DNA of 64,000 nucleotides from Eledone cirrhosa (lineage: Eukaryota): contig OZ024757.1 of assembly GCA_964016885.1 (NCBI GenBank), positions 10,044,001 through 10,108,000 of the forward strand, written 5' to 3'. The notes beneath the pieces were generated by a model, which saw only the letters and a list, made by a program, of their open reading frames with translations, did no database searches and had not been told where the DNA came from. Of the stretch, positions 37,701 to 49,200 are shown piece after piece (position 1 is the stretch's first letter; each line of letters opens with the position of its first letter). Both the position numbers and the translations under genes were made by a program.

Positions 37701-40700
37701 GGATTAACTTAAGTTTGGGTTAAGTTAAGTTGGGGTTAAGTTAAGTTCGGATTGAGTCAAGTGTGGGGTTAAGTCAAGTTGGGGTTAATTCAAGTTGGGT
37801 TTAAGTTAAGTTGGGGTTAAGTTAAGTTGGGGTTAAGTTAAGTTGGTGTTAAGTTAAGTTGGGGTTAAGTTAAGTTGGGGTTAAGTTAATATGGGGTTAA
37901 GTTAAGTTGGGGTTAAGTTAAGTTGGGGTTAAGTCAAGTTGGGGTTAAGTCAAGTTGGGGTTAAGTTAAGTTGGGGTTAAGTTAAGTTGGGGTTAAGTTA
38001 AGTTGGGGGTAAGTTAATTAAGTCGGGAGTAATTTAAGTTGGGGGTAAGTTAAGCTAGGGTTAAGTTAAATTGGGGTTAAGTTAAGTTGGGGTTAAGTTA
38101 AGTAGGGGTTAAGTTAAGTTGGGGTTAAGTTGGGGTTAAGTTAAGTTGGGGTTAAGTTAATTTGGGGTTAAGTTAAGTTGGGGTTAAGTTAAGTTGGGGT
38201 TAAGTTAAGTTGGGGGTAAGTTAAGTTAGGGGTAAGTTAAGTTGGGGTTAAGTTAAGTTGGGGTTAAGTTAAGTTGGGGATAAGTTAAGTTGGGGTTAAT
38301 TTAAGTTGGGGTTAAGTTAAGTTGGGGTTAAGGTAAGTTGGGGTTAAGTTAAGTTGGGGTTAAGTTAAGTTGGGGTTACGTTAAGTTGGGGTTAAGTTAA
38401 GTTGGGGTTAAGTTAAGTTGGGATTAAGTCAAGTTGGGGTTAAGTCAAGTTGGGGTTAAGTCAAGTTGGGGTTAAGTCAAGTTTGGGTTAAGTTAAGTTG
38501 GGGTTAAGTTAAGTTGGGGTTAAGTTAAGTTGGGGTAAGTTAAGTTGGAATTAAGTCAAGTTGGGGTTAAATCAAGTTGGGGTTAAGTCGAGTTGGGTTT
38601 AAGTTAAGTTGGGGTTCAGTTAAGTTGGGGCTAAGTTAAGTTGGGGTTAAGTTGGGGTTAAGTTAAGTTGGGGTTAAATCAAGTTGGGGTTAAGTCAAGT
38701 TGGGGTTAAGTCAAGTTGGGATTAAGTCAAGTTGAGGTTAAGTCAAGTTGGGGTTAAGTTAAGTTGGGGTTAAGTTAAGTTGGGGTTAAGTTAAGTTGGG
38801 GTTAAGTTAAGTTGGGGTTAAGTTAAGTAGGGGTTAAGTTAAGTTGGGGTTAAGTTAAGTTGGGGTTAAGTTAAGTTGGGGATAAGTTAAGTTGGGGTTA
38901 ATTTAAGTTGGGGTTAAGTTATGTTGGGGTTAAGGTAAGTTGGGGTTAAGTTAAGTTGGGGTTAAGTTAAGTTGGGGTTACGTTAAGTTGGGGTTAAGTT
39001 AAGTTGGGGTTAAGTTAAGTTGGGATTAAGTCAAGTTGGGGTTAATTCAAGTTGGGGTTAAGTCAAGTTGGGGTTAAGTCAAGTTTGGGTTAAGTTAAGT
39101 TGGGGTTAAGTTAAGTTGGGGTTAAGTTAATTTAGGGGTAATTTAAGTTGGGGTTAAGTTAAGTTGGGGTTAAGGTAAGTTGGGGTTAAGTTAAGTTGGG
39201 GTTAAGTTAAGTTGGGGGTAAGTTAAGTTAGGGGTAAGTCAAGTTGGGGTTAAATCAAGTTGTGTTTAAGTTAAGTTGGGGTTCAGTTAAGTTGGGGCTA
39301 AGTTAAGTTGGGGTTAAGTTGGGGTTACGTTAAGTTGGGGTTAAGTTAAGTTGGGGTTAAGTTAAGTTGGGGGTAAGTTAAGTTAGGGGTAATTTAAGTT
39401 GGGGTTAAGTTAAGTTGGGGTTAAGGTAAGTTGGGGTTAAGTTAAGTTGGGGTTAAGTTAAGTTGGGGGTAAGTTAAGTTAGGGGTAAGTTAAGTTGGGG
39501 TTAAGTTAAGTTGGGGTTAAGTTAAGTTGGGGATAAGTTAAGTTGGGGTTAATTTAAGTTGGGGTTAAGTTATGTTGGGGTTAAGGTAAGTTGGGGTTAA
39601 GTTAAGTTGGGGTTAAGTTAAGTTGGGGTTACCTTAAGTTGGGGTTAAGTTAAGTTGGGGTTAAGTTAAGTTGGGATTAAGTCAAGTTGGGGTTAAGTCA
39701 AGTTGGGGTTAAGTCAAGTTGGGGTTAAGTCAAGTTTGGGTTAAGTTAAGTTGGGGTTAAGTTAAGTTGGGGTTAAGTTAAGTTGGGATTGAGTCAAGTT
39801 GGGGTTAAGTTAAGTTGGGGTTAAGTCAAGTTGGGGTTAAATCAAGTTGGGTTTAAGTTAAGTTGGGGTTCAGTTAAGTTGGGGCTAAGTTAAGTTGGGG
39901 TTAAGTTGGGGTTAAGTTAAGTTGGGGTTAAGTTAAGTTGGGGTTAAGTTAAGTTGGGGGTAAGTTAAGTTAGGGGTAATTTAAGTTGGGGTTAAGTTAA
40001 GTTGGGGTTAAGGTAAGTTGGGGTTAAGTTAAGTTGGGGTTAAGTTAAGTTGGGGTTAAGTTAAGTTGGGTTTAAGTTAAGTTGGGATTAAGTCAAGTTG
40101 GGGTTAAGTCAAGTTGGGGTTAAGTCAAGTTGGGGTTAATTCAAGTTGGGGTTAAGTCAAGTTGGGATTAAATCAAGTTGGGGTTAAGTCAAGTTGGGGT
40201 TAAGTTAAGTTGGGGTTAAGTTAAGTTGGGGTTAAGTTAAGTTGGGTTTAAATTAAGTTGGGGTTAAGTTAAGTAGGGGTTAAGTTAAGTTGGGGTTAAG
40301 TTGGGTTTAAGTTAAGTTGGGGTTAAGTTAAGTTGGGTTAAGTTAAGTTGGGGTTAATTAAGTTGGGGGTAAGTTAAGTTAGGGGTAAGTTAAGTTGGGG
40401 TTAATTTAAGTTGGGGTTAAGTTAAGTTGGGGATAAGTTAAGTTGGGGTTAATTTAAGTTGGGGTTAAGTTATGTTGGGGTTCAGGTAAGTTGGGGTTAA
40501 GTTAAGTTGGGGTTAAGTTAAGTTGGGGTTACGTTAAGTTGGGGTTAAGTTAAGTTGGGGTTAAGTTAAGTTGGGATTAAGTCAAGTTGGGGTTAATCAA
40601 GTTGGGGTTAAGTCAAGTTGGGGTTAAGTCAAGTTTGGGTTAAGTTAAGTTGGGGTTAAGTTAAGTTGGGGTTAAGTTAATGTAGGGGTAATTTAAGTTG

Positions 40701-41120
40701 GGGTTAGGTTAAGTTGGGGTTAAGGTAAGTTGGGGTTAAGTTAAGTTGGGGTTAAGTTAAGTTGGGGGTAAGTTAAGTTAGGGGTAAGTCAAGTTGGGGT
40801 TAAATCAAGTTGGGTTTAAGTTAAGTTGGGGTTCAGTTAAGTTGGGGCTAAGTTAAGTTGGGGTTAAGTTGGGGTTAAGTTAAGTTGGGGTTAAGTTAAG
40901 TTGGGGTTAAGTTAAGTTGGGATTAAGTCAAGTTGGGGTTAAGTCAAGTTGGGGTTAAGTCAAGTTGGGGTTAATTCAAGTTGGGGTTAAGTCAAGTTGG
41001 GATTAAGTCAAGTTGGGGTTAAGTCAAGTTGGGGTTAAGTTAAGTTGGGGTTAAGTTAAGTTGGGGTTAAGTTAAGTTGGGTTTAAGTTAAGTTGGGGTT
41101 AAGTTAAGTAGGGGTTAAGT
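28860..41120 (+). repeat. ~3.2-kb direct repeat pair (~28.86-32.06 kb and ~37.93-41.12 kb), offset 9,074 then 9,058
   Basis: GTCGAG 29515/38589 (9,074). GGGATTGAGTC 30733/39791 and AATGTAGGGG 31624/40682 (both 9,058). Confidence 0.82.
35760..39630 (+). repeat. ~1.94-kb tandem duplication of the 3' part of the 5.35-kb unit
   Basis: Offset 1,941 for TTCGGATTGAG 35805/37746 and GTCGAG 36648/38589. At the junction (~37,700) plain monomers run directly into GGGATTAACTT without its usual upstream variants. Confidence 0.85.
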
Positions 41121-43000
41121 TAAGTTGGGGTTAAGTTGGGGTTAAGTTAAGTTGGGGTTAAGTTAAGTTGGGTTAAGTTAAGTTGGGGTTAATTAAGTTG
41201 GGGGTAAGTTAAGTTAGGGGTAAGTTAAGTTGGGGTTAATTTAAGTTGGGGTTAAGTTAAGTTGGGGATAAGTTAAGTTGGGGTTAATTTAAGTTGGGGT
41301 TAAGTTATGTTGGGGTTAAGGTAAGTTGGGGTTAAGTTAAGTTGGGGTTAAGTTAAGTTGGGGTTACGTTAAGTTGGGGTTAAGTTAAGTTGGGGTTAAG
41401 TTAAGTTGGGATTAAGTCAAGTTGGGGTTAATCAAGTTGGGGTTAAGTCAAGTTGGGGTTAAGTCAAGTTTGGGTTAAGTTAAGTTGGGGTTAAGTTAAG
41501 TTGGGGTTAAGTTAATTTAGGGGTAATTTAAGTTGGGGTTAGGTTAAGTTGGGGTTAAGGTAAGTTGGGGTTAAGTTAAGTTGGGGTTAAGTTAAGTTGG
41601 GGGTAAGTTAAGTTAGGGGTAAGTCAAGTTGGGGTTAAATCAAGTTGGGTTTAAGTTAAGTTGGGGTTCAGTTAAGTTGGGGCTAAGTTAAGTTGGGGTT
41701 AAGTTGGGGTTAAGTTAAGTTGGGGTTAAGTTAAGTTGGGGTTAAGGTAAGTTGGGGTTAAGTTAAGTTGGGGTTAAGTTAAGTTGGGGGTAAGTTAAGT
41801 TAGGGGTAAGTCAAGTTGGGGTTAAATCAAGTTGGGTTTAAGTTAAGTTGGGGTTCAGTTAAGTTGGGGCTAAGTTAAGTTGGGGTTAAGTTGGGGTTAA
41901 GTAAAGTTGGGGTTAAGTTAAGTTGGGGTTAAGTTAAGTTGGGGTTAAGTTAAGTTGGGGTTAAGTTAAGTTGGGGGTAAGTTAAGTTGGGATTAAGTCA
42001 AGTTGGGGTTAAGTCAAGTTGGGGTTAAGTCAAGTTGGGGTTAATTCAAGTTGGGGTTAAGTCAAGTTGGGATTAAGTCAAGTTGGGGTTAAGTCAAGTT
42101 GGGGTTAAGTTAAGTTGGGGTTAAGTTAAGTTGGGGTTAAGTTAAGTTGGGTTTAAGTTAAGTTGGGGTTAAGTTAAGTAGGGGTTAAGTTAAGTTGGGG
42201 TTAAGTTGGGGTTAAGTTAAGTTGGGGTTAAGTTAAGTTGGGTTAAGTTAAGTTGGGGTTAATTAAGTTGGGGGTAAGTTAAGTTAGGGGTAAGTTAAGT
42301 TGGGGTTAATTTAAGTTGGGGTTAAGTTAAGTTGGGGATAAGTTAAGTTGGGGTTAATTTAAGTTGGGGTTAAGTTATGTTGGGGTTAAGGTAAGTTGGG
42401 GTTAAGTTAAGTTGGGGTTAAGTTAAGTTGGGGTTACGTTAAGTTGGGGTTAAGTTAAGTTGGGGTTAAGTTAAGTTGGGATTAAGTCAAGTTGGGGTTA
42501 ATCAAGTTGGGGTTAAGTCAAGTTGGGGTTAAGTCAAGTTTGGGTTAAGTTAAGTTGGGGTTAAGTTAAGTTGGGGTTAAGTTAATTTAGGGGTAATTTA
42601 AGTTGGGGTTAGGTTAAGTTGGGGTTAAGGTAAGTTGGGGTTAAGTTAAGTTGGGGTTAAGTTAAGTTGGGGGTAAGTTAAGTTAGGGGTAAGTCAAGTT
42701 GGGGTTAAATCAAGTTGGGTTTAAGTTAAGTTGGGGTTCAGTTAAGTTGGGGCTAAGTTAAGTTGGGGTTAAGTTGGGGTTAAGTTAAGTTGGGGTTAAG
42801 TTAAGTTGGGGTTAAGGTAAGTTGGGGTTAAGTTAAGTTGGGGTTAAGTTAAGTTGGGGGTAAGTTAAGTTAGGGGTAAGTCAAGTTGGGGTTAAATCAA
42901 GTTGGGTTTAAGTTAAGTTGGGGTTCAGTTAAGTTGGGGCTAAGTTAAGTTGGGGTTAAGTTGGGGTTAAGTAAAGTTGGGGTTAAGTTAAGTTGGGGTT
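40920..43000 (+). repeat. 1,070-bp higher-order unit in tandem (representative pair); an 883-bp version lacking one 187-bp block occurs elsewhere
   Basis: TTATG marker spacings: 41305/42375, 47412/48482 and 59494/60564 = 1,070; 3363/4444 = 1,081 (extra 11-mer); 56485/57368 = 883; 50900/51782 = 882. Confidence 0.87.
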
Positions 43001-46000
43001 AAGTTAAGTTGGGGTAAGTTAAGTTAGGGGTAATTTAATTTGGGGTTAAGTTAAGTTGGGGTTAAGTTAAGTTGGGGTTAAGGTAAGTTGGGGTTAAGTT
43101 AAGTTGGGGTTAAGTTAAGTTGGGTTTAAGTTAAGTTGGGATTAAATCAAGTTGGGGTTAAGTCAAGTTGGGGTTAAGTCAAGTTGGGGTTAATTCAAGT
43201 TGGGGTTAAGTCAAGTTGGGATTAAGTCAAGTTGGGGTTAAGTCAAGTTGGGGTTAAGTTAAGTGGGGTTAAGTTAAGTTGGGGTTAAGTTAAGTTGGGT
43301 TTAAGTTAAGTTGGGGTTAAGTTAAGTAGGGGTTAAGTTAAGTTGGGGTTAAGTTGGGGTTAAGTTAAGTTGGGGTTAAGTTAAGTTGGGGTTAATTAAG
43401 TTGGGGGTAAGTTAAGTTAGGGGTAAGTTAAGTTGGGGTTAATTTAAGTTGGGGTTAAGTTAAGTTGGGGTTAAGTTAAGTTGGGGTTAAGTTAAGTTGG
43501 GGTTAATTTAAGTTGGGGTTAAGTTAAGTTGGGGTTAAGGTAAGTTGGGGTTAAGTTAAGTTGGGGTTAAGTTAAGTTGGGGTTACGTTAAGTTGGGGTT
43601 AAGTTAAGTTGGGGTTAAGTTAAGTTGGGATTAAGTCAAGTTGGTGTTAAGTCAAGTTGGGGTTAAGTCAAGTTGGGGTTAAGTCAAGTTGGGGTTAAGT
43701 CAAGTTTGGGTTAAGTTAAGTTGGGGTTAAGTTAAGTGGGGGTTAAGTTAACTTGGGGTTAAGTTAAGTTGGGGCTAATTTAAGTTGGTGTTAATTTAAG
43801 TTGGGGTTAAGTTAAGTTGGGGTTAAGTTAAGTTGGGGTTAAATTAAGCTGGGGTTAACTTAAGTAGGGGTTAAGTTAAGTTGGGTTAAGTTGGGATTAA
43901 CTTAAGTTTGGGTTAAGTTAAGTTGGGGTTAAGTTAAGTTCGGATTGAGTCAAGTGTGGGGTTAAGTCAAGTTGGGGTTAAGTCAAGTTGGGTTTAAGTT
44001 AAGTTGGGGTTAAGTTAAGTTGGGGTTAAGTTAAGTTGGTGTTAAGTTAAGTTGGGGTTAAGTTAAGTTGGGGTTAAGTTAATATGGGGTTAAGTTAAGT
44101 TGGGGTTAAGTTAAGTTGGGGTTAAGTCAAGTTGGGGTTAAGTCAAGTTGGGGTTAAGTTAAGTTGGGGTTAAGTTAAGTTGGGGTTAAGTTAAGTTGGG
44201 GGTAAGTTAATTAAGTCGGGGGTAATTTAAGTTGGGGGTAAGTTAAGCTGGGGTTAAGTTAAATTGGGGTTAAGTTAAGTTGGGGTTAAGTTAAGTAGGG
44301 GTTAAGTTAAGTTGGGGTTAAGTTGGGGTTAAGTTAAGTTGGGGTTAAGTTAATTTGGGGTTAAGTTAAGTTGGGGTTAAGTTGGGGTTAAGTTAAGTTG
44401 GGGTTAAGTTAAGTTGGGGTTAAGTTAAGTTGGGGGTAAGTTAAGTTAGGGGTAATTTAAGTTGGGGTTAAGTTAAGTTGGGGTTAAGTTAAGTTGGGGT
44501 TAAGGTAAGTTGGGGTTAAGTTAAGTTGGGGTTAAGTTAAGTTGGGGTTAAGTTAAGTTGGGTTTAAGTTAAGTTGGGATTAAATCAAGTTGGGGTTAAG
44601 TCAAGTTGGGGTTAAGTCAAGTTGGGGTTAATTCAAGTTGGGGTTAAGTCAAGTTGGGATTAAGTCATGTTGGGGTTAAGTCAAGTTGGGGTTAAGTTAA
44701 GTTGAGGTTAAGTTAAGTTGGGGTTAAGTTAAGTTGGGTTTAAGTTAAGTTGGGGTTAAGTTAAGTAGGGGTTAAGTTAAGTTGGGGTTAAGTTGGGGTT
44801 AAGTTAAGTTGGGGTTAAGTTAAGTTGGGTTAAGTTAAGTTGGGGTTAATTAAGTTGGGGGTAAGTTAAGTTAGGGGTAAGTTAAGTTGGGGTTAATTTA
44901 GGTTGGGGTTAAGTTAAGTTGGGGTTAAGGTAAGTTGGGGTTAAGTTAAGTTGGGGTTAAGTTAAGTTGGGGTTACGTTAAGTTGGGGTTAAGTTAAGTT
45001 GGGGTTAAGTTAAGTTGGGATTAAGTCAAGTTGGTGTTAAGTCAAGTTGGGGTTAAGTCAAGTTGGGGTTAAGTCAAGTTGGGGTTAAGTCAAGTTTGGG
45101 TTAAGTTAAGTTGGGGTTAAGTTAAGTGGGGGTTAAGTTAACTTGGGGTTAAGTTAAGTTGGGGCTAATTTAAGTTGGTGTTAATTTAAGTTGGGGTTAA
45201 GTTAAGTTGGGGTTAAGTTAAGTTGGGGTTAAATTAAGCTGGGGTTAACTTAAGTAGGGGTTAAGTTAAGTTGGGTTAAGTTGGGATTAACTTAAGTTTG
45301 GGTTAAGTTAAGTTGGGGTTAAGTTAAGTTCGGATTGAGTCAAGTGTGGGGTTAAGTCAAGTTGGGGTTAAGTCAAGTTGGGTTTAAGTTAAGTTGGGGT
45401 TAAGTTAAGTTGGGGTTAAGTTAAGTTGGTGTTAAGTTAAGTTGGGGTTAAGTTAAGTTGGGGTTAAGTTAATATGGGGTTAAGTTAAGTTGGGGTTAAG
45501 TTAAGTTGGGGTTAAGTCAAGTTGGGGTTAAGTCAAGTTGGCGTTAAGTTAAGTTGGGGTTAAGTTAAGTTGGGGTTAAGTTAAGTTGGGGGTAAGTTAA
45601 TTAAGTCGGGGGTAATTTAAGTTGGGGGTAAGTTAAGCTGGGGTTAAGTTAAATTGGGGTTAAGTTAAGTTGGGGTTAAGTTAAGTAGGGGTTAAGTTAA
45701 GTTGGGGTTAAGTTGGGGTTAAGTTAAGTTGGGGTTAAGTTAATTTGGGGTTAAGTTAAGTTGGGGTTAAGTTAAGTTGGGGTTAAGTTAAGTTGGGGGT
45801 AAGTTAAGTTAGGGGTAAGTTAAGTTGGGGTTAAGTTAAGTTGGGGTTACGTTAAGTTGGGGATAAGTTAAGTTGGGGTTAATTTAAGTTGGGGTTAAGT
45901 TAAGTTGGGGTTAAGGTAAGTTGGGGTTAAGTTAAGTTGGGGTTAAGTTAAGTTGGGGTTACGTTAAGTTGGGGTTAATTTAAGTTGGGGTTAATTTAAG

Positions 46001-46215
46001 TTGGGATTAAGTCAAGTTGGGGTTAAGTCAAGTTGGGGTTAAGTCAAGTTGGGGTTAAGTCAAGTTTGGGTTAAGTTAAGTTGGGGTTAAGTTAAGTTGG
46101 GGTTAAGTTAAGTTGGGGTAAGTTAAGTTGGAATTAAGTCAAGTTGGGGTTAAATCAAGTTGGGGTTAAGTCGAGTTGGGTTTAAGTTAAGTTGGGGTTC
46201 AGTTAAGTTGGGGCT

Positions 46216-49200
46216 AAGTTAAGTTGGGGTTAAGTTGGGGTTAAGTTAAGTTGGGGTTAAATCAAGTTGGGGTTAACTCAAGTTGGGGTTAAGTCAAGTT
46301 GGGGTTAAGTCAAGTTGGGATTAAGTCAAGTTGGGGTTAAGTCAAGTTGGGGTTAAGTTAAGTTGGGGTTAAGTTAAGTTGGGGTTAAGTTAAGTTGGGG
46401 TTAAATTAAGTTGGGGGTAAGTTAATTAAGTCGGGGGTAATTTAAGTTGGGGGTAAGTTAAGCTGGGGTTAAGTTAAGTTGGGGTTAAGTTAAGTTGGGG
46501 TTAAGTTAAGTAGGGGTTAAGTTAAGTTGGGGTTAAGTTGGGGTTAAGTTAAGTTGGGGTTAAGTTAATTTGGGGTTAAGTTAAGTTGGGGTTAAGTTAA
46601 GTTGGGGTTAAGTTAAGTTGGGGATAAGTTAAGTTCGGGTTAATTTAAGTTGGGGTTAAGTTATGTTGGGGTTAAGGTAAGTTGGGGTTAAGTTAAGTTG
46701 GGGTTAAGTTGGGGTTACGTTAAGTTGGGGTTAAGTTAATTTAGGGGTAATTTAAGTTGGGGTTAGGTTAAGTTGGGGTTAAGGTAAGTTGGGGTTAAGT
46801 TAAGTTGGGGTTAAGTTAAGTTGGGGGTAAGTTAAGTTAGGGGTAAGTCAAGTTGGGGTTAAATCAAGTTGGGTTTAAGTTAAGTTGGGGTTCAGTTAAG
46901 TTGGGGCTAAGTTAAGTTGGGGTTAAGTTGGGGTTAAGTTAAGTTGGGGTTAAGTTAAGTTGGGGTTAAGGTAAGTTGGGGTTAAGTTAAGTTGGGGTTA
47001 AGTTAAGTTGGGGGTAAGTTAAGTTGGGATTAAGTCAAGTTGGGGTTAAGTCAAGTTGGGGTTAAGTCAAGTTGGGGTTAATTCACGTTGGGGTTAAGTC
47101 AAGTTGGGATTAAGTCAAGTTGGGGTTAAGTCAAGTTGGGGTTAAGTTAAGTTGGGGTTAAGTTAAGTTGGGGTTAAGTTAAGTTGGGTTTAAGTTAAGT
47201 TGGGGTTAAGTTAAGTAGGGGTTAAGTTAAGTTGGGGTTAAGTTGGGGTTAAGTTAAGTTGGGGTTAAGTTAAGTTGGGTTAAGTTAAGTTGGGGTTAAT
47301 TAAGTTGGGGGTAAGTTAAGTTAGGGGTAAGTTAAGTTGGGGTTAATTTAAGTTGGGGTTAAGTTAAGTTGGGGATAAGTTAAGTTGGGGTTAATTTAAG
47401 TTGGGGTTAAGTTATGTTGGGGTTAAGGTAAGTTTGGGTTAAGTTAAGTTGGGGTTAAGTTAAGTTGGGGTTACGTTAAGTTGGGGTTAAGTTAAGTTGG
47501 GGTTAAGTTAAGTTGGGATTAAGTCAAGTTGGGGTTAATCAAGTTGGGGTTAAGTCAAGTTGGGGTTAAGTCAAGTTTGGGTTAAGTTAAGTTGGGGTTA
47601 AGTTAAGTTGGGGTTAAGTTAATTTAGGGGTAATTTAAGTTGGGGTTAGGTTAAGTTGGGGTTAAGGTAAGTTGGGGTTAAGTTAAGTTGGGGTTAAGTT
47701 AAGTTGGGGGTAAGTTAAGTTAGGGGTAAGTCAAGTTGGGGTTAAATCAAGTTGGGTTTAAGTTAAGTTGGGGTTCAGTTAAGTTGGGGCTAAGTTAAGT
47801 TGGGGTTAAGTTGGGGTTAAGTTAAGTTGGGGTTAAGTTAAGTTGGGGTTAAGGTAAGTTGGGGTTAAGTTAAGTTGGGGTTAAGTTAAGTTGGGGGTAA
47901 GTTAAGTTAGGGGTAAGTCAAGTTGGGGTTAAATCAAGTTGGGTTTAAGTTAAGTTGGGGTTCAGTTAAGTTGGGGCTAAGTTAAGTTGGGGTTAAGTTG
48001 GGGTTAAGTAAAGTTGGGGTTAAGTTAAGTTGGGGTTAAGTTAAGTTGGGGTTAAGTTAAGTTGGGGTTAAGTTAAGTTGGGGGTAAGTTAAGTTGGGAT
48101 TAAGTCAAGTTGGGGTTAAGTCAAGTTGGGGTTAAGTCAAGTTGGGGTTAATTCAAGTTGGGGTTAAGTCAAGTTGGGATTAAGTCAAGTTGGGGTTAAG
48201 TCAAGTTGGGGTTAAGTTAAGTTGGGGTTAAGTTAAGTTGGGGTTAAGTTAAGTTGGGTTTAAGTTAAGTTGGGGTTAAGTTAAGTAGGGGTTAAGTTAA
48301 GTTGGGGTTAAGTTGGGGTTAAGTTAAGTTGGGGTTAAGTTAAGTTGGGTTAAGTTAAGTTGGGGTTAATTAAGTTGGGGGTAAGTTAAGTTAGGGGTAA
48401 GTTAAGTTGGGGTTAATTTAAGTTGGGGTTAAGTTAAGTTGGGGATAAGTTAAGTTGGGGTTAATTTAAGTTGGGGTTAAGTTATGTTGGGGTTAAGGTA
48501 AGTTGGGGTTAAGTTAAGTTGGGGTTAAGTTAAGTTGGGGTTACGTTAAGTTGGGGTTAAGTTAAGTTGGGGTTAAGTTAAGTTGGGATTAAGTCAAGTT
48601 GGGGTTAATAAAGTTGGGGTTAAGTCAAGTTGGGGTTAAGTCAAGTTTGGGTTAAGTTAAGTTGGGGTTAAGTTAAGTTGGGGTTAAGTTAATTTAGGGG
48701 TAATTTAAGTTGGGGTTAGGTTAAGTTGGGGTTAAGGTAAGTTGGGGTTAAGTTAAGTTGGGGTTAAGTTAAGTTGGGGGTAAGTTAAGTTAGGGGTAAG
48801 TCAAGTTGGGGTTAAATCAAGTTGGGTTTAAGTTAAGTTGGGGTTCAGTTAAGTTGGGGCTAAGTTAAGATGGGGTTAAGTTGGGGTTAAGTTAAGTTGG
48901 GGTTAAGTTAAGTTGGGGTTAAGGTAAGTTGGGGTTAAGTTAAGTTGGGGTTAAGTTAAGTTGGGGGTAAGTTAAGTTAGGGGTAAGTCAAGTTGGGGTT
49001 AAATCAAGTTGGGTTTAAGTTAAGTTGGGGTTCAGTTAAGTTGGGGCTAAGTTAAGTTGGGGTTAAGTTGGGGTTAAGTAAAGTTGGGGTTAAGTTAAGT
49101 TGGGGTTAAGTTAAGTTGGGGGTAAGTTAAGTTAGGGGTAATTTAAGTTGGGATTAAGTTAAGTTGGGGTTAAGTTAAGTTGGGGTTAAGGTAAGTTGGG

